The position numbers and the translations under genes were made by a program. From Antechinus flavipes (taxonomy: Eukaryota), in the NCBI RefSeq assembly GCF_016432865.1, contig NC_067401.1:152272001-152336000 (forward strand): a stretch of DNA of 64,000 nucleotides. The letters are read 5' to 3'. Below, piece by piece: positions 25,601 through 40,030 of this stretch. Position 1 is the first letter of the stretch. Each line of letters starts with the position of its first letter. The notes beneath the pieces were generated by a model. It had not been told where the DNA came from and did no database searches. It was given only the letters and a program-made list of their open reading frames with translations.

Positions 25601-27169
25601 TAAGAGATCATGGATTTAGCTGGTTGCTAGGTAGTATAGTTGAGAGTGTGTTAGACTTGGAATCCACAAGATCTGAATTAAAATCCTGTTTCAGATACTT
25701 ATTGGATGTATGACCACAGACAAATCACTTAACTTATTTGAACCTCATTTACCTCATCTATAAAATGGAGATGACAATACTACTTATTTCGCAGGGTTTT
25801 CATGAGGATCAAATGAAACTATCTGAATTGCTTTTTAAATCTTAAAGGACTCTATGAATGCTAGCTTTTGATATTAAGAGAAATAATTATTAATAACCAT
25901 TAATATTGGGGGATCCAGGGTTTTTCCCTTTATATTTCCTCATTCAGCAACTAACCCTTTAGGTTATTCAGCCAGCCTGTGAAAAACATTTCTGATAGAT
26001 GAAATTTCCCAAATTCTTGGCCTACATGCTTTTTGATTTTGGATGAAATCTTACAGAGTTCAATGAGATCTTGCCCTTAGGAAATAAACCCTGTCCTTGG
26101 GACCTTCCATTAGAATTTAGGGTGACCCAACTTATGAAAGGGAAAGTCAGCCAGAAAAGTCTGGGTAAAGATATTCTTTATCCCGCAAGAGGCTGCTGAG
26201 TCTCATGATTGAGTCACTTTCTCAGCAGACAGAGCTGAAGACTTTTTAACCACATCCCCATTAATATGTCTTTGCCCTTAGGTACACCCCCCCCTTTCCA
26301 AAGGCTTTTAAAACATTGAATGTTCTCCTGAGGGCAGCTTTGGGTTGGGAGAGAAAGCCACTGGCCACATTTTATTAACTATTAGCCATAATTAATAAAA
26401 TTATTGTTAATTACCCAGAAATTCTGTGTCTCAGGCTTTTCATTCCTCATAATATTAATATGCGAGTGGAGAAACATTGTTTCAGAAAGGCTGGAGGGAA
26501 AAGATTCTGCCATAATGTTAAATTAAAACTATTTCAATAAATGCTGCAATTGCTGGATAGTAGATAGAGGCAGGAGGAGATCCAGTCCAAAGAGTGAAAT
26601 GACAAGAGTTAGTCCAAAAACCTTCACCTTTTCCTACTATTAAAGGTGGGTAGGTGGAGAAAAAGTCCTTGTTCAAACATTCCCTGTTGGAAGTGATAGT
26701 TGGGCAGCTGAGCATTGATATTGGAAGGCATTTTCATCTTTTGATTTTGAAGAGTAATGGGTATCTAGTTATATTCGTCAATGAGTCTCAGTTTTTATGT
26801 TTCATAGAGGAAATCTCTGGAGTCAGTGGATCTATTGATTAAAATGCTTTGTACTAGGTGACAGAGAGAGTAATCACATAAAAATGAAATGGTCCCTGTA
26901 ATGAAAGATCTTAAGTTTTATAAGAATACCATATAAAGAAATAAATGCAGGGTTGTATATGTGTGTGTGTGTGGACATTAATCTTAAGAAAGATTAGGAA
27001 AGATGGCATAGAGAAGAAGGTATTTGACTTGAACTTTGAAGAAAACAAGGAATTCTAGGAAGTGGAAGTGAGGAGGGAGTGCATTCTAGGTATGGATTTT
27101 GGGGTCAGGAAGGGAATAGGGAGGGGGAAGGAAATATCTTGTTTAAAGGCGGTGGAGAAAAGAGTATTA

Positions 27170-27335
27170 CTCCTAGAGATAGCTTGTGACCCTGGGCAAG
27201 CCACTTAATCCTAGTTGCCTCAGTTTCCTCATCTATAATATAAACTGGAGAAGGAAATGGCAGACCGCTCCAGTATTTTTGCCAAGAAAACCCCGAATGA
27301 GGTCACAGGAATCAGATAGCTGAATAGCAACCAAA
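27170..27335 (+). mobile_element. MAR1-type SINE within an antisense L2
   Basis: cctcagtttcctcatctataa...ggagaaggaaatggcagaccgctccagtatttttgccaagaaaacccc. Confidence 0.75.
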
Positions 27336-28214
27336 ATAGGAAGTATAATGTCACATGTGTGGCTGAACAGTTTGGTCGGACCAAAATATGGATGAAGGAG
27401 AAATAAGAGATAATAAGGTTGAAAGAATATATCAGAGTTAGTATGAGAAGGGCTTTAAATGCCAAGCAAAGGAGTATATGTTTATAAAGAGAAAAAAAAA
27501 ACCTTTTTAGTTTTTTAAATTAAATAAAATTTTTTACACGGAGAACTTTTAAGATCATTTTAGACAGTGGAAAGAACAGTACATTAGGAATCAGAAAACT
27601 TGCATTTAAATGCTGGCTTTGCTGTGTATTATCTTTGTGGTAATCCTTGTTTCCTAATCTAACCTTGAGGAGCAGTTGCAGAGTGAAAAGGACTAGAGTA
27701 CCTTGGTGCTGCCCCTTTCTCTTAAAGGCTTTACTGATCTGGATGTAGGTATGCAGTTTAGACTTCAATGATGGAAACCCTACACTCTGATAAGAAGGGG
27801 CTTTCTTTTAGCATACTCATTGCTACACTTTTGTTTTGTGGTTCATATGTAGGGTTTTCCTCAAAAAATGGGAAGTAAAAAAAAGTATTTGGTATTCAAT
27901 ATGAATTAGTAATATAAATTCATAATTTAACTTATAACAAATGTAACAATTTTCTAGGAGACTAACACTTAAATCTTACCTGAGTGTAAAGCAGCTTGCA
28001 ATATTGCTAATTAGACATTTTATATTTCAACTCCTCTCTGAACTGTCTAAACAACTTCCAAGTATATGCTTGATGGTAAATTATCATATTTGAATCAGTA
28101 TTCTTTTTTCTTTTTGAGATGACTCAATCTATACATTTATTTTCATTTTTCCATGATAGCAAACCATTCTGAATTTTGTTATTTTATTTCTTGATGTATT
28201 TCTTTTAAAACATA

Positions 28215-28725
28215 TGGTAGCTTTTTATTTTTCAAAATACATGCAAGACAATTTTCAGCATCCATCCTTGCAAAACCTTGTGTTCCAATTTTTTTTCCTT
28301 CCCTTCCCACCTCCCTCTTCTCCTGACAGTGAGTAATTCAATATAGGTTAAATATGTACAATTCTTCTAAACATATTTCCACATTTATCATGCTGCACAA
28401 GAAAAATCAAATCAAAAGGGAAAAAATGAGAAAAAAAAAGCAATAAAACAACAGTGACAAAAAAAGTGAAAATACTTTGTTGTGATCCACATTCAATTCC
28501 CATAGTACTCTCTGGATGCAGATGGCTGTCTCCATTGTCTTTTACCTCAAGTTTATTGGAGTTATCCTGAATTACCTCATTGTTGAAAAAAGCCAAGTCC
28601 ATCAAAGTCAATCATCACATAATCTTATTGCTGCACACAATGTTCTCTTGCTTCTACTCATTTCACTTAGCATCAATTCATGTAAGTCTCTCCAGGTATT
28701 TCTGAAATCAGTTTGCTGATCATCC
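28215..28725 (-). mobile_element. Marsupial (dasyurid-type) L1 3' end
   Basis: agctttttattttcaaaatacatgc...ccttgcaaaaccttgtgttcc; same family recurs near 8620, 35200, 46340 and 54440. Confidence 0.7.
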
Positions 28726-29180
28726 CTTATATTATAATAATATCAAATCAATATTTTCAATGCTTTCCCCTCTAATACAGAAACTGTCTTTGTTATTCAC
28801 CAATTATAACCCAAGGGGATCCATGTCTTTGGACCTCTTAAATTCAGTTAGTCACCTCAAAACCTGGAGGTATTCATTATGGAGAGAATAAAAGAATGAT
28901 CATAAAAATGGCAGCTGAAAACTACATTCAGATTTAACTTGGTAGATCACATCTTATATTTTGTGCTTGTGGTTTCCTGGAAGCCAGAATCCAGGTATAA
29001 CAGTAAACCAATCAACCTTTCTCCTACTCACTCTTAAGAATCAGCTCCAAAAAACCCTTATTTATATCACAAGTGAGAAAAAAGAATGAGGCAAAGGGGC
29101 CAGTATCTTCCCTTTGTAGATCCTCTGAGTCATTTAATTCTTTAGACTTCACAACCAATAAGGAGTCATGCTATCATTTT

Positions 29181-30104
29181 TATTTTTATTTTTATTTTTA
29201 ATTTTTAATAGCTTTTTATTTACAAATATATGCATAGGTAATTTTTCAGCATTGACAGTTGCAAATACTTTTGTTCCAACCTTTTCCCTCCTTTCCTCCC
29301 TTCCCCTAGATGGCAGGTTGACCAATACATGTTAAATATGTTAAAGTATAAGTTAAATACAATATATGTACACATGTCCAAACAGTTATTTTGCTGTATA
29401 AAAAGAGTCAGACTTTGAAGTAGTGTACAATTAGCCTGTGAAGGAAATCAAAAATGCAGGTGGACAAAAATAGAGGGATTGGGAATTCTATGTAGTGGTT
29501 CATAGTCATCTCCCAGAGTTCTTTCGCTGGGTGTAGCTGGTTCAGTTCATTACTGCTCTATTGGAACTGATTTGCTTCATCTCATTGTTGAAGTGGGCCA
29601 CATTCATCAGAATTGGTCATCATATAGTATTGCTGTTGAAATAAATAATGATCTTCTGGTCCTGTTCATTTCACTCAGCATCAGTTCATGTAAATCTCTC
29701 TAGACCTTTCTGAAATCTTCCTGCTGGTCATTTCTTACCGAACAATAATATTCCATAATATTCATATACCACAATTTACCCAGCCATTCTCCAATTGATG
29801 GGCATCTACTAAGAGGGCTGCCACAAACATTCTTGCACATACAGGTCCTTTTCCCTTCTTTAAGATCTCTTTGGTATATAAGCCCAGTAGTATCACTGCT
29901 GGGTCAAAGGGTATACACAGTTTGATAGTTTTTTGAACATAGTTCCGAATTGTTCTCCAGAATGTTTGGATGCATTCACAAGTCCCCCAACAATGTATCA
30001 GTGTCCCAGTTTTTCCACATCCCCTCCAGCATTCCGCATTATCTTTCCCTGTCATTCTAGCCAATCTGACAGGTGTGTAGTGGTATCTCAGAGTTGTCTT
30101 AATT
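29181..30104 (-). mobile_element. 5'-truncated younger L1 with target-site duplication
   Basis: ORF 29762-30064 is the L1 ORF2 C-terminus (GTLIHCWG...IPFDPAVILLGLY...MFVAAL); T-rich tail at 29181; TSD tcatgctat[c/a]atttt at 29166-29180 and 30105-30119 (one mismatch). Confidence 0.9.
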
Positions 30105-30889
30105 TCATGCTATAATTTTTAAATGCAAACTCTTTAGCCCAAACAATGCCTAACTTCCCACATAGTTGACTGGAACTGAAAGTGGCAGCTCTGAGCACAA
30201 TCCATGGGATGACCCCTATAAGTTAATTATACCACCACTTTATGAAATAAGTGTGTTGGATTAGACTTTCTCTAAAGTCTCTAATAAACCTTCAACCAGG
30301 AATAGAATCATTTCCTATGAAAAGTATCCTCATTAATTCTGAAAACCTATCCTGATTGATTTTCTGCTTCTAAAGATTTCCTTGAGAAATAGGGGGAAAG
30401 CATGGAGTGAGGAGGAAATCTCAGAGAAATAAGATTGTAGAGACTTGATCTCAGAGAAATAGCCTAACATATTTGAAAAAACACCATGCTTGTTATCAAT
30501 GGACTTGGATTCAAATCCTACCACTAACACTTTACAGAATGTATGAGCTTGGAACATTTTTGAATCTTAATTTCTCCATCTGTAAAATAGATATTAATAT
30601 TTTTGCTGTCTGCCCCACTAGACTGATCTCTGTAATTATGTTATTGTTGTCACTAGAGATACCCAGGAATGGAAAAAGAGGACTTGGGATCAGCATCTCT
30701 GTGTGAAGAGGAGCAAGAATGAGCTGTCTTGGCTATGTGTGATGAAAATAAATCTCTGCATTATACACAACAGGTTTGATAATTTATTATTTTGATTTCT
30801 GTGGTCTATATCTCTTAGGCAATACTAAATGCTGATTGTGTTTGTCTCTTTACACAGTTAGTTTTTTTTTTTAATAGGTATGACTTTTA

Positions 30890-31400
30890 ATTCAATTTAC
30901 TTAAGCAAGCATTTATTAAGTACCTGTTCCGTGCCAGGCAGAGGATACAGCGATGAAAAAATGGAGCACTCTATGTTCTGGAGGCCTTTATGTTCTACTG
31001 GTAGGGTTTATGTATACTCAGATGACTAAATACAAAATATACGAAAAATAGAGAGTAATTTGGATATGGTGGGGACAATAATAACTGGAGTATATATATG
31101 TCAGGAAAGGCCTCCTGGAGATCTTACTTTAGCTAATTCTTGAAAGGGACTTGTGGGTTCCAATAAATAGAAGGAATAAAGAGAAACATATCAGGTATGA
31201 AGGATAACTTATGCAAAAGCATCCAGAGATGGAAAGCTATATGAAGGAAATACACAAGTAGCTCATTTGGCTGTAAACTAGAATACGAGAGATCATATAT
31301 AATTAGCCCAGAAAGATAAACTGGAAAGAGCTTTAAATGCTAGATAGAGGAACTGGTATTTTATCCTAGAGGAAATAGGGAGTTAGTATAATTTCTTGAG
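30890..31400 (-). mobile_element. L2 3' end, antisense
   Basis: aagcaagcatttattaagtacctgttccgtgccaggca followed by purine-rich L2 body. Confidence 0.65.
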
Positions 31401-32099
31401 CTTTGGTGGGGGAAAAAGTATTTATATCTAGATGATGGCTATCTTCCTAAAAGGTTTTCAATATTCAAATTTGATTTAGGAGGGTTAGTTTTAATTTAGA
31501 GCCAAATTCAGCTTAACCTGGCTTCATTTTGGTCCTTTAGAGTGCGGGGCCTGAAGTTAGGTAGATCTAAGTTCAAATCTGTTCTCAGATTCTGGACTCC
31601 AGGTTCAGTACTTCATCCATTATGCAAACTAACTGCCTTATTAAAACAGAACAAAACAAACAAACAAACAAAACCCAAAGCAGGGGAAAGAAATGTGCTA
31701 CAAGAGAAATGAGGAAAAGGGATAACATTTTTCTATTTCTCATAATTGAGATATTCAAGACAGGAATGATGGGAAATGGCATCTCATGTACTTCGCTCTT
31801 ATTTGAAACAGACATATAAGAGTATTTGTACACAAAGAATCTGGAATGGAAATATGTTAATTTCTCAACAAGGAACACAGGGAAAGGATCTTGTGAGAAG
31901 TGGATTTAAGAATTGTGTAGTGAAAACTCACATGCAGAATAAATATCAACTTTAGCAAATAGATCACAAGGGTGGATTGCAAAGGGACGGAAAATCAGAC
32001 ATTAAGGTCTGGACTTGGTGAAGAATGACCCAGTAGTAGGAAAAGATTACTTCAGCTATAGTTTATTAATATTGATCAGGCTACTTTTCTTTCTTTATC

Positions 32100-33130
32100 T
32101 CATTCTCTTTTTTTTATAAAGAAGGAGGAAGCAGGAAGAAAAGAATATAAGAGGGTATGACTGAGGGAAATATACAATTGACAATCATATCTATGAACTT
32201 AAATGGTATAAGCTTCCTCATAAAATCGAAGAGAACAGCAGAAAGGATTTGCAAGCAAAATCCAACACTATTGTGTACAAGACATAAACTTTGCACAAAA
32301 AAACCCTTTCAAACAGTTATAATGAACTGCTGAAGTGGAAATTATTATGCTTCAGGCAGATGAAAAACTCAGAGGAAGCAATCATGAATTTGGTCAAAAC
32401 CAAATCATAGAAATGACCAATAATTTCATCAAAGAAAATAAAAACAATGAAAATTTGTACAAAAATTTTAGGAATACAGCCCAGTGTATTGCTCTGGAAA
32501 TCATTTATAGTGATAAACATTCATTAACAATATTAAAAGGATGCATCAGTATTTTGGGCATGAAATTTTTAAAAATCTAATGAACAAAATAATTTAAAAT
32601 AGTCACAAAAATAGTAATCCTGAAAAATTACAGAAGAGATTAATAAAATTGAATGCAAAAAAGCCCAACTGAAAAATAAAACTGAGCTAATTCTTTCAAA
32701 AACCCAACAGAGCAGATGAAACATTAACTATTCTGATTTCAAAAGAGAGAAATACTATGTCACTAAAATATAAAAAATAAAAAAGAACTCACAATAAATG
32801 GAGAGAAAATAAAGGATATCAGAAACTATTTTGCTCAATTTTAATACAAATATTTACAAAAACATAAAATTCTCAGATTGTAGAACAAGAAATAAAGAAT
32901 TTAAATAAGCCAGTTTTGGGAGTAAGGGGAAAATTAACAAGTCATAAATCAACTTTCAAAAGAAAAAGACCTGTAGACAAGTTAATTGAAAATGAATTGT
33001 AAACATTCAAAGAACAATTAATTCCAAGGTTCTGCAACTTAAAAAAGAGAGAGTAAAGGAAATCCTGCCACATCCTTTCTATGATACAAATTTAGTCTTC
33101 AAAAATTTGATATTTGATATTTAAAAATTT
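32100..33130 (+). mobile_element. Old L1 ORF2 fragment
   Basis: ORF 32335-32580 NFIKENKNNENLYKNFRNTAQ resembles L1 ORF2 NFIK.N.NNETTYQNLWD.AK; very A-rich. Confidence 0.65.
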
Positions 33131-33199
33131 GATAGTAAGGAAAGAGAATATAGTAATAAATATAGGTTATATGAAAAACCTATATTTATTACTGTATTC

Positions 33200-34193
33200 T
33201 CTTTCCTTACTACATTAAACCATTCCATGTATGAAAGGAGTACACAAAAAGGAAGGGAAAAAAGAACAAAATGGACTAACATGATATGCTATTATATATA
33301 AAATTCCATGCCCATAGTCCCTTACCTTTACAAAGAAATAGAAGAAAGGTATAGGTTCATATCTCAAGTTTGAGCATGATAATTTTTAAAGAATTCAGTT
33401 TTGATTGTTTATTTTTCTTCCTTCATCTCCATATTTTTACAATCTTCTATGTTGTTTTTCTATTCTGCTTACTTCACTTTGCATCAGGTCATGTAAGTCT
33501 TTTTATGCCTCTCAGTATTGATAATTTCTCTTTAAAAATAGATTTGTGAATATATTTTGTTTTTCACATTTTTCAGATTTTCCTTGTCTTTCATCTCTTA
33601 TAACAAAAAAAAAAATAAGAGGAAAATATGAGTAGAATAAATCAATGCATTGACAAAAATTTGGCATTACCTGCTGTGTTACATACCTGTGAATTTCCTC
33701 CACTGCAAAAGATTAGGAATAAATTGTTTTGGTCTTTTTTTCTCTCACTTTGCAATTTTGTAACTATCATTCATTGTTTTTTTTTTTCCATTTATTTTGT
33801 TGTAATCATTGTGTATTTTGCCTTCTTGGCTCTGCTTACTTCATTTTGCAGCAGTTCATCTAAATCTTTCCCTGCTTCTCTATAGTTACATTCATTATTT
33901 CTTAAGGTACAGTAATTTTCCATGGGCTGTTGTGTTGCATTGTTTGTTTAGCTATTCCCCCAGGTATCTACTTTATTTTTACTTCTTTGCTGCAAAATAA
34001 TGATGCTACAAATATTTTGGTTCTTTTTTTCATGGACCTTTTTGAAAATTGTTCATATCTTTTTATGCCCATCTACTGGGAATGGCATCTGTTCTTATAT
34101 ATTTGTTAGATATCTATTTTGAATATCAGACCCTTATTGGAAATATTTGATAAAAGATTTCTCCCAGTTAACTGTTTCCCTTATCCTGGTTAC

Positions 34194-34247
<54 letters not shown>

Positions 34248-34400
34248 GTATGTGTAAAAGTTTTTCAGTTTCCTGTAATTTAAGTCATTTATTTTATTCT
34301 TTATAAGAATCACTATCTCTTCTTTGATACTTTACTTTCTAGCTGTAAAAAGTATACATTCTGTTTTTCTGTGACACTTCTCATAGTATGATCAGGTTAT
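33200..34400 (-). mobile_element. Old L1 3' end, contains (TG)n at 34199-34245
   Basis: antisense L1 3'UTR/ORF2-end blocks. Confidence 0.55.
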
Positions 34401-35199
34401 GTTTTTAATTTTGAATTTATAGCAAAAAACTTAAACTCTAAAATTCTATATACATTTCTGCTTCCCCCACTCCCCAACATAAGACAGATAAACATCCAGG
34501 TCTTCCCATCCTTTTGGATTCTATTTACTCAAAACTCCACCTCCAGTTGTTGCTCCAGGTGTTGTTAGACACTTGATAATTAGTGGAGCTAATTTATTTA
34601 ATCATGTTTGCACTGTTCTCTTCACCCCATTGTTGTTCTTGCCCAGCTCCTTTAGGTGTTTCTGGCTCTGTGCTTGTGTGATTTTGCCCAGGGCAGGGGG
34701 TGTGTGTGGGGGGAGTGAGGGAATACTCCTTGATGCCAGAGGTGTTCTTCCATGTTAGAACAATAGCTGTGCCTCAAAGGCTTGGCTACCTCCACATCCT
34801 ATGTTTTGGCATTGGTCACTGAAATGTTTTTAATTTTCTCCAGCTTGTTGATAAGTGGGATTTTTGGATGAGAGATGCCCTCCAAAGATGGGCAGTTATA
34901 ATACCTCCTCTTCATCATCCCTTTACTATCTTTCTGTATTTGCTCTGACTTTTTGACATGAAAATATACCAAGAACCACACTGAATTGGGAAGTTTCTAT
35001 ACAGTTTTTTCCTACATTTTCTACAATTAGATTTGGTTACAAGTTTTAAAAGGTAGAAGTTGGGATATGGTCCTCAAGTCAATGTATTCAATAAATATTT
35101 ATTGAGAATCACCATGTGCCACACACTATGGTAAGCATTTGCAACCCCAAAAGAGGCAAAAGACAGTCCTTGACCTCAAGGAGATTAAATATTTTAAAA

Positions 35200-35610
35200 A
35201 TATTTTTATTGAAGTTTTTAATTTTCAAAACATATGCAAGGATAATTTTTCAACATTGACCCTTGAAAAACCTTGTGTTCCTATCCGCCCTTTCCTCCTA
35301 TCCCCTCCCCTAGATGGCAAGTGATCCAATATATGTTAAATCCAATATAGGCATACATATTTATACAATTATCTTGCTGCACAAGAAAAATGAGATCAAA
35401 AAGTTAAAAAAAAGAGAAAGAAAATAAAATGCAAGCAAACAATAACAAAAAGAAATGAAAATGCTATGTTGTGATCCACCCTCAGTTCCATCTTCTCTCT
35501 GAGTGTAGAAGACTCTATCACAAGATCATTGGAACTGGCCTGAATCATCTCATTGTTGGAAAGAGCCCTATCCATTAGAATTGATCATTGTATAATCTTG
35601 TTGCCATATG
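35200..35610 (-). mobile_element. Marsupial L1 3' end nested in an L2 tail
   Basis: tttttaattttcaaaacatatgc...ccctagatggcaagtgatcc; flanks gacctcaaggag / aaggagattacaatt resume L2. Confidence 0.7.
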
Positions 35611-35799
35611 CAGTAATCAAGGAGATTACAATTTAAAGGGGGAGACAATATGCAAACAAACCAATTAAACAGGTTTAAGTGACTTGCTCAAGGTCACAGA
35701 GCTAGTCAGTGTCAAGTATGAGGATTTGAACTCAAATCTTCCTGACTCTAAGGCTGGTACTCTATCCACTGTGTCACCTACTGTTCCTATACCTGAAAC

Positions 35800-36160
35800 T
35801 TAAAGCAAGTCAAGGAAGTCATGGAGTAGAGGAAGAAGAACATTCAGAGCATGGGTGACAGAGAAAATGCCTGGAACTGAGAAAGAGATCTTGTCCATGA
35901 AATAGCCAGGAGATCACTGTTACTAAATTGAAGAGTACATGTTGGTGAGCATGATGTAAAAAGGAAAAAGTAGGAGAGTCTAGGTTATGAGGGGCTTTGA
36001 ATGCCAAAAAGAACATTTTGTATTTGCTCCTAGAGGCAAGAAATAGCCACTGAGGTTTATTGAGGAGGTGAGGGTGACATGATCAGACTGCATTTTAAGA
36101 AAATCACTTTAGTAGCTAAGCAGAAGATGGATTAGGGTTGGGAGAGAATCGAGACAGGCA
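35800..36160 (-). mobile_element. L2 fragment
   Basis: purine-rich antisense L2 (ggggctttgaatgcca, tgacatgatcagactgcattttaagaaaatcacttt). Confidence 0.65.
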
Positions 36161-37269
36161 GGATAAAAGCCTGGTAAAGGGGCTGCAAGTGACAAGACTG
36201 AAGCCCTTTAAAAGAAGAAAAGGACCAGAATACCCAGTTTTATGTTGAATGTGAAAACTGAGAGTCACCTCCTGCTTAGATGGAGACAATTCAAAATGGC
36301 AGCCAAGACCTGATTGGACAACACTGTATAGCTTTTGTATTGAAAAGATGCTTTTGGGACAACTGACTCCACTGAACTTATTAAAGGGGGAAGTCTGGAG
36401 TTAAAATCTTGGCCTCCTCAACCAACTGTTATATTTATACAAACACATGGAACTACGTGGAAGGAAAATTAGCCCTTTCCACCAACACTTCCCATCTCTG
36501 GATATTTATTTCCTTGTCTATATAAAAGAGAGAGTTGGATTAGATGGTTTTAAAAGATCTCTTCTGTCTTCATTATGCAAAGATTTTGTGATTCTAATTC
36601 TGTCTCCCATATCACCCCACATAGTGCCTTGTATACAATAGGTCTTCAATAAATATTTATTGAATAAAGATTCGGATCTCTTTAAAAACAGCATTTTAGC
36701 TGTAAAGGATTGTGTCTCTGTGTATGTATGTTGGAGAAGAGAACTTGTAAGGCATGTTGAACTAGAGATGATAAATCATGATGATTTAGAGAGATATTCA
36801 ACATAGAGAAGGAGAAATAAATGGAGTTAGGGACTCCTGTGGGAAAAGTTTCCTTTAATTATGGGAAAATACAAGCAAAGGGAAAAGTATCTGTTTACTA
36901 TTTTGACAACAGCCTTTCACAGCACTGCCTTTGCCATACCACCCCCAAATGGAGCTCATTCACATGAATTCATGAATTCATTTATTGCCTTCCCATGTAC
37001 TTTCCCCTCTGTCCCCTCAAGCTTACTGTTCCTTTTTGTTTCAAACAAATGAGCATACAAAAAAGGGATCTGCATTCCTTTGGATAATCTTATTCAAACA
37101 TGGAAAGGCTGTGCTTTCTCAATTAATCAGGCCTTCCCCCTTGCTTTCTCAGGATCTCAATCAGAGGTCTTGGCTGGACTCCAGCTTCTGGGCCAGTTGT
37201 TGGAACCAGTGTGACACCTGCCCAGGTAAATAAGAGACTATGTGGTATGTTAAATTTAAAAAGTTTTTG

Positions 37270-38200
37270 CACTAACAAAACCAATGTAGTTAAGATTAAG
37301 ATTATAAGGAAAAGGGGTACAAAAATGTTTTTCCCCAACAAATTCCTTTGATATAGACCTAATATTCAAGATATATAAAGAACAGATTCAAAAATTTAAG
37401 AACAAAAGCTATTCCTAGTAGACAAATGCACAAATAAAATGAATAGACAATTTTCAAGGGAAGAAATCCAAGCTATCAGTAGCCATATTTAAAAAATATT
37501 TCAAATCACTAATAATTTGAGAGATGCAAATTAAAACAACTTCGAAGTTACAGTTCATATCCCATAGTCTGGCAAAGTTGATGAAAAAAAGAAAATGACA
37601 AATCTTGGAGGGGCTACCAGGAAAAAAATACTGATGCATTCATTGTTGGTGGATCTGGGAATTACTCTATTCTAGAAAGCAATTTGGAACTATGCCCAAA
37701 TAGTTCTTAAATTGTGCATACTCTTTGACCACTGTTGCTATGATTGCATTCATACTCCAAAGAGATCAAAGAGGAAAAGTATCCATATGTGCAAAATATT
37801 TATAGCAGTTCTTTTGTAGTAGCAAAGACTGAAAACTAAGTGAGTGCCCATCAAGTAGGAAATGTCTACAAATTATGTAAGATGAATAAATGAACTGTTA
37901 ATGTTCCATAAGAAATGATAAAAGTGATAATTTCAGAGAAATCTGAGATGACTCATATAAACTGATGAAGAGTGAAGTGAAAACAATAAAAAGAACATTG
38001 TAAAGAAAAAAATCTTTGAAAGATTTAAAAACTCTAATCAATACAGAGACAAATCTTGATTCTGGAGACCTAACCATGATGAAGCATGCTTACCCACCTC
38101 AAGATGCAGAATGAGATACATTTTTAAAGAGGGCCAGTATAGAAATTTGTTTTGTTAGTTGCTATATTTTCATAATTTAAAAAAATTTTGTTCCTAATGG
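37270..38200 (+). mobile_element. L1 ORF2 3' end and 3'UTR
   Basis: gaatagacaattttcaagggaagaaatccaagctatc...gcaatttggaactatgccca...gagtgcccatcaa. Confidence 0.8.
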
Positions 38201-39479
38201 AGGTGACAAGAGGAGAAAAAGATCTAGGGATAAGAATTTTTCCTCCCTTCCAAAAAAGAGAAAAAAAAAGAAAGAAGGGTTAGTAAGAGTGTATACACAC
38301 ATATTTTATATACAGACTAGATCGAAAAGAAGGAAAGAATCACAGACCACTAGGACAGACAGGTTTGAAAAGTAGGTTGAATTTAACAGCGATCCAGTTT
38401 TGTGTGTAATATTATTTTTCTGTTCTATAATTCTACTTATACCCAAATCTGGGATAGTTTGCTGAGGAACAGCTTTCTGTTCCATGCTAGAGTTTGAAGA
38501 AGTCAGTCCTCATCCATGTTGGTGGGTTCCAGGATTCTAGTCCAACACATAAAACTCTCTCTCATGATTACCCTCCTAAAATTCCTTTCTCCTCATGTCT
38601 CCAAAAATCTCTTCACAAACTGAAGTCTCTTATGTAGGTACAATGTTAAAACTTAGTATTCTATCAGCTACTTAGGAATCACTTATATAGCACATAGTAC
38701 AACTGCCCATGTGTGGATAAAAAATAGGAATATATGTATATGTATATATGCAATATATATACATATATATGATGTATATTTTATTTGATGTTTAAATTCA
38801 AATTTTTTTTAAAATGAGGTTATATTATGTCAGAAAGCTGTCTTTCTCTTTGCTCTAATGATGAGCTCAAGAAAGATGATGGGGAAATTGTTTTCTAGGA
38901 ATGATGGGGAAAAGGGAAGGATGGGAAACTAACCCTTTATATTTAAATAAGATGGGAGGAGTCTGCATAAATAAGATGGGAGGAAGCTGGCATAAACTTT
39001 TCTGAGGTCTTTATTTTCAGATATTTTGCATTTTCTAAGACTTTTTTATTTTTAGCAGTTTTGTTCAATGAAAAAAGCACTTTATTTGGAGTCATAGGAT
39101 GTTGATTTTGAATCATGATTCTTCTTAATATCTTTGTGACTTTGGACAGATGATAATTTCTCTGGGGTTGTTTCCTTACTTGTAAAGTGAGTAAATTGGC
39201 CTTGTTGACCTCTTGAGTTCCAGTTCAGAAAGTTCCTTTCCAGTTCAGAATCTGCAGTGGATCAAGATAGTCACTCAATAAGCATTTATTAAGCACTTAC
39301 TATGTGCCTGGAATTGTGCTAAACACAAGACATACAAAAAATTCTCTTTCCCATCCCCATAACACACCTTCCTCCACCCTCCTGCCAGTCTCTGCTTTTA
39401 AAGATGTCACAGTCTAATGAAAGACAACATGCAAATAATGGTGTACTACACCTCTCCCCTTTCACTTCCCAGTACATAC

Positions 39480-39480
<1 letters not shown>

Positions 39481-39528
<48 letters not shown>
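39481..39528. repeat. (AC)n microsatellite
   Basis: pure AC run. Confidence 0.98.
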
Positions 39529-39530
<2 letters not shown>

Positions 39531-39844
39531 TAAATAAACAAAAGAAATTTTGATATGTGTACTTGGCTGTGTAGAACTTGAGGAGACCTGAATGTTGTTG
39601 ATTTTTCCTTTTGTCCTGGGTTCTAAAATTCCATACGAAGCCAGTGTGCTTTTATGAACAGGCAGAGAAAACAGTTTTCTTGTGTTATAGGATTTCTCTT
39701 TGGTGTGTTTTAATGGGGCATGAAGTAGGGTTATTGTATCACATACAGAAAGTTTTTTGCTCCCTCCCTCTCCCCACCACATCGGTAATTCAAACATTTT
39801 CCTGGGCAATTTATTTGGGGCTCAATTCCTCACAGTTGCTATTG

Positions 39845-40030
39845 AGTAATAACATTTGTTCAAATCTTACGTGTTGGGATCATGACTTCAGGGAGGTGAT
39901 GTGAATTGGATTTAAGTGAGGAAGGACTATACAAAGTCATCAGCCTTACTTTTAGCTATAGTCATCTGGATCTAGTAGCCTGATATAGATCAGGACGATT
40001 GGAGATGGTTTTGTATGCAGTGGGAGACCA
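39845..40030. mobile_element. Marsupial RTE-related short element (family uncertain)
   Basis: catgacttcagggaggtgatgtgaattggatttaagtgagg...gatcaggacgattggagatgg resembles a common marsupial interspersed repeat. Confidence 0.4.
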
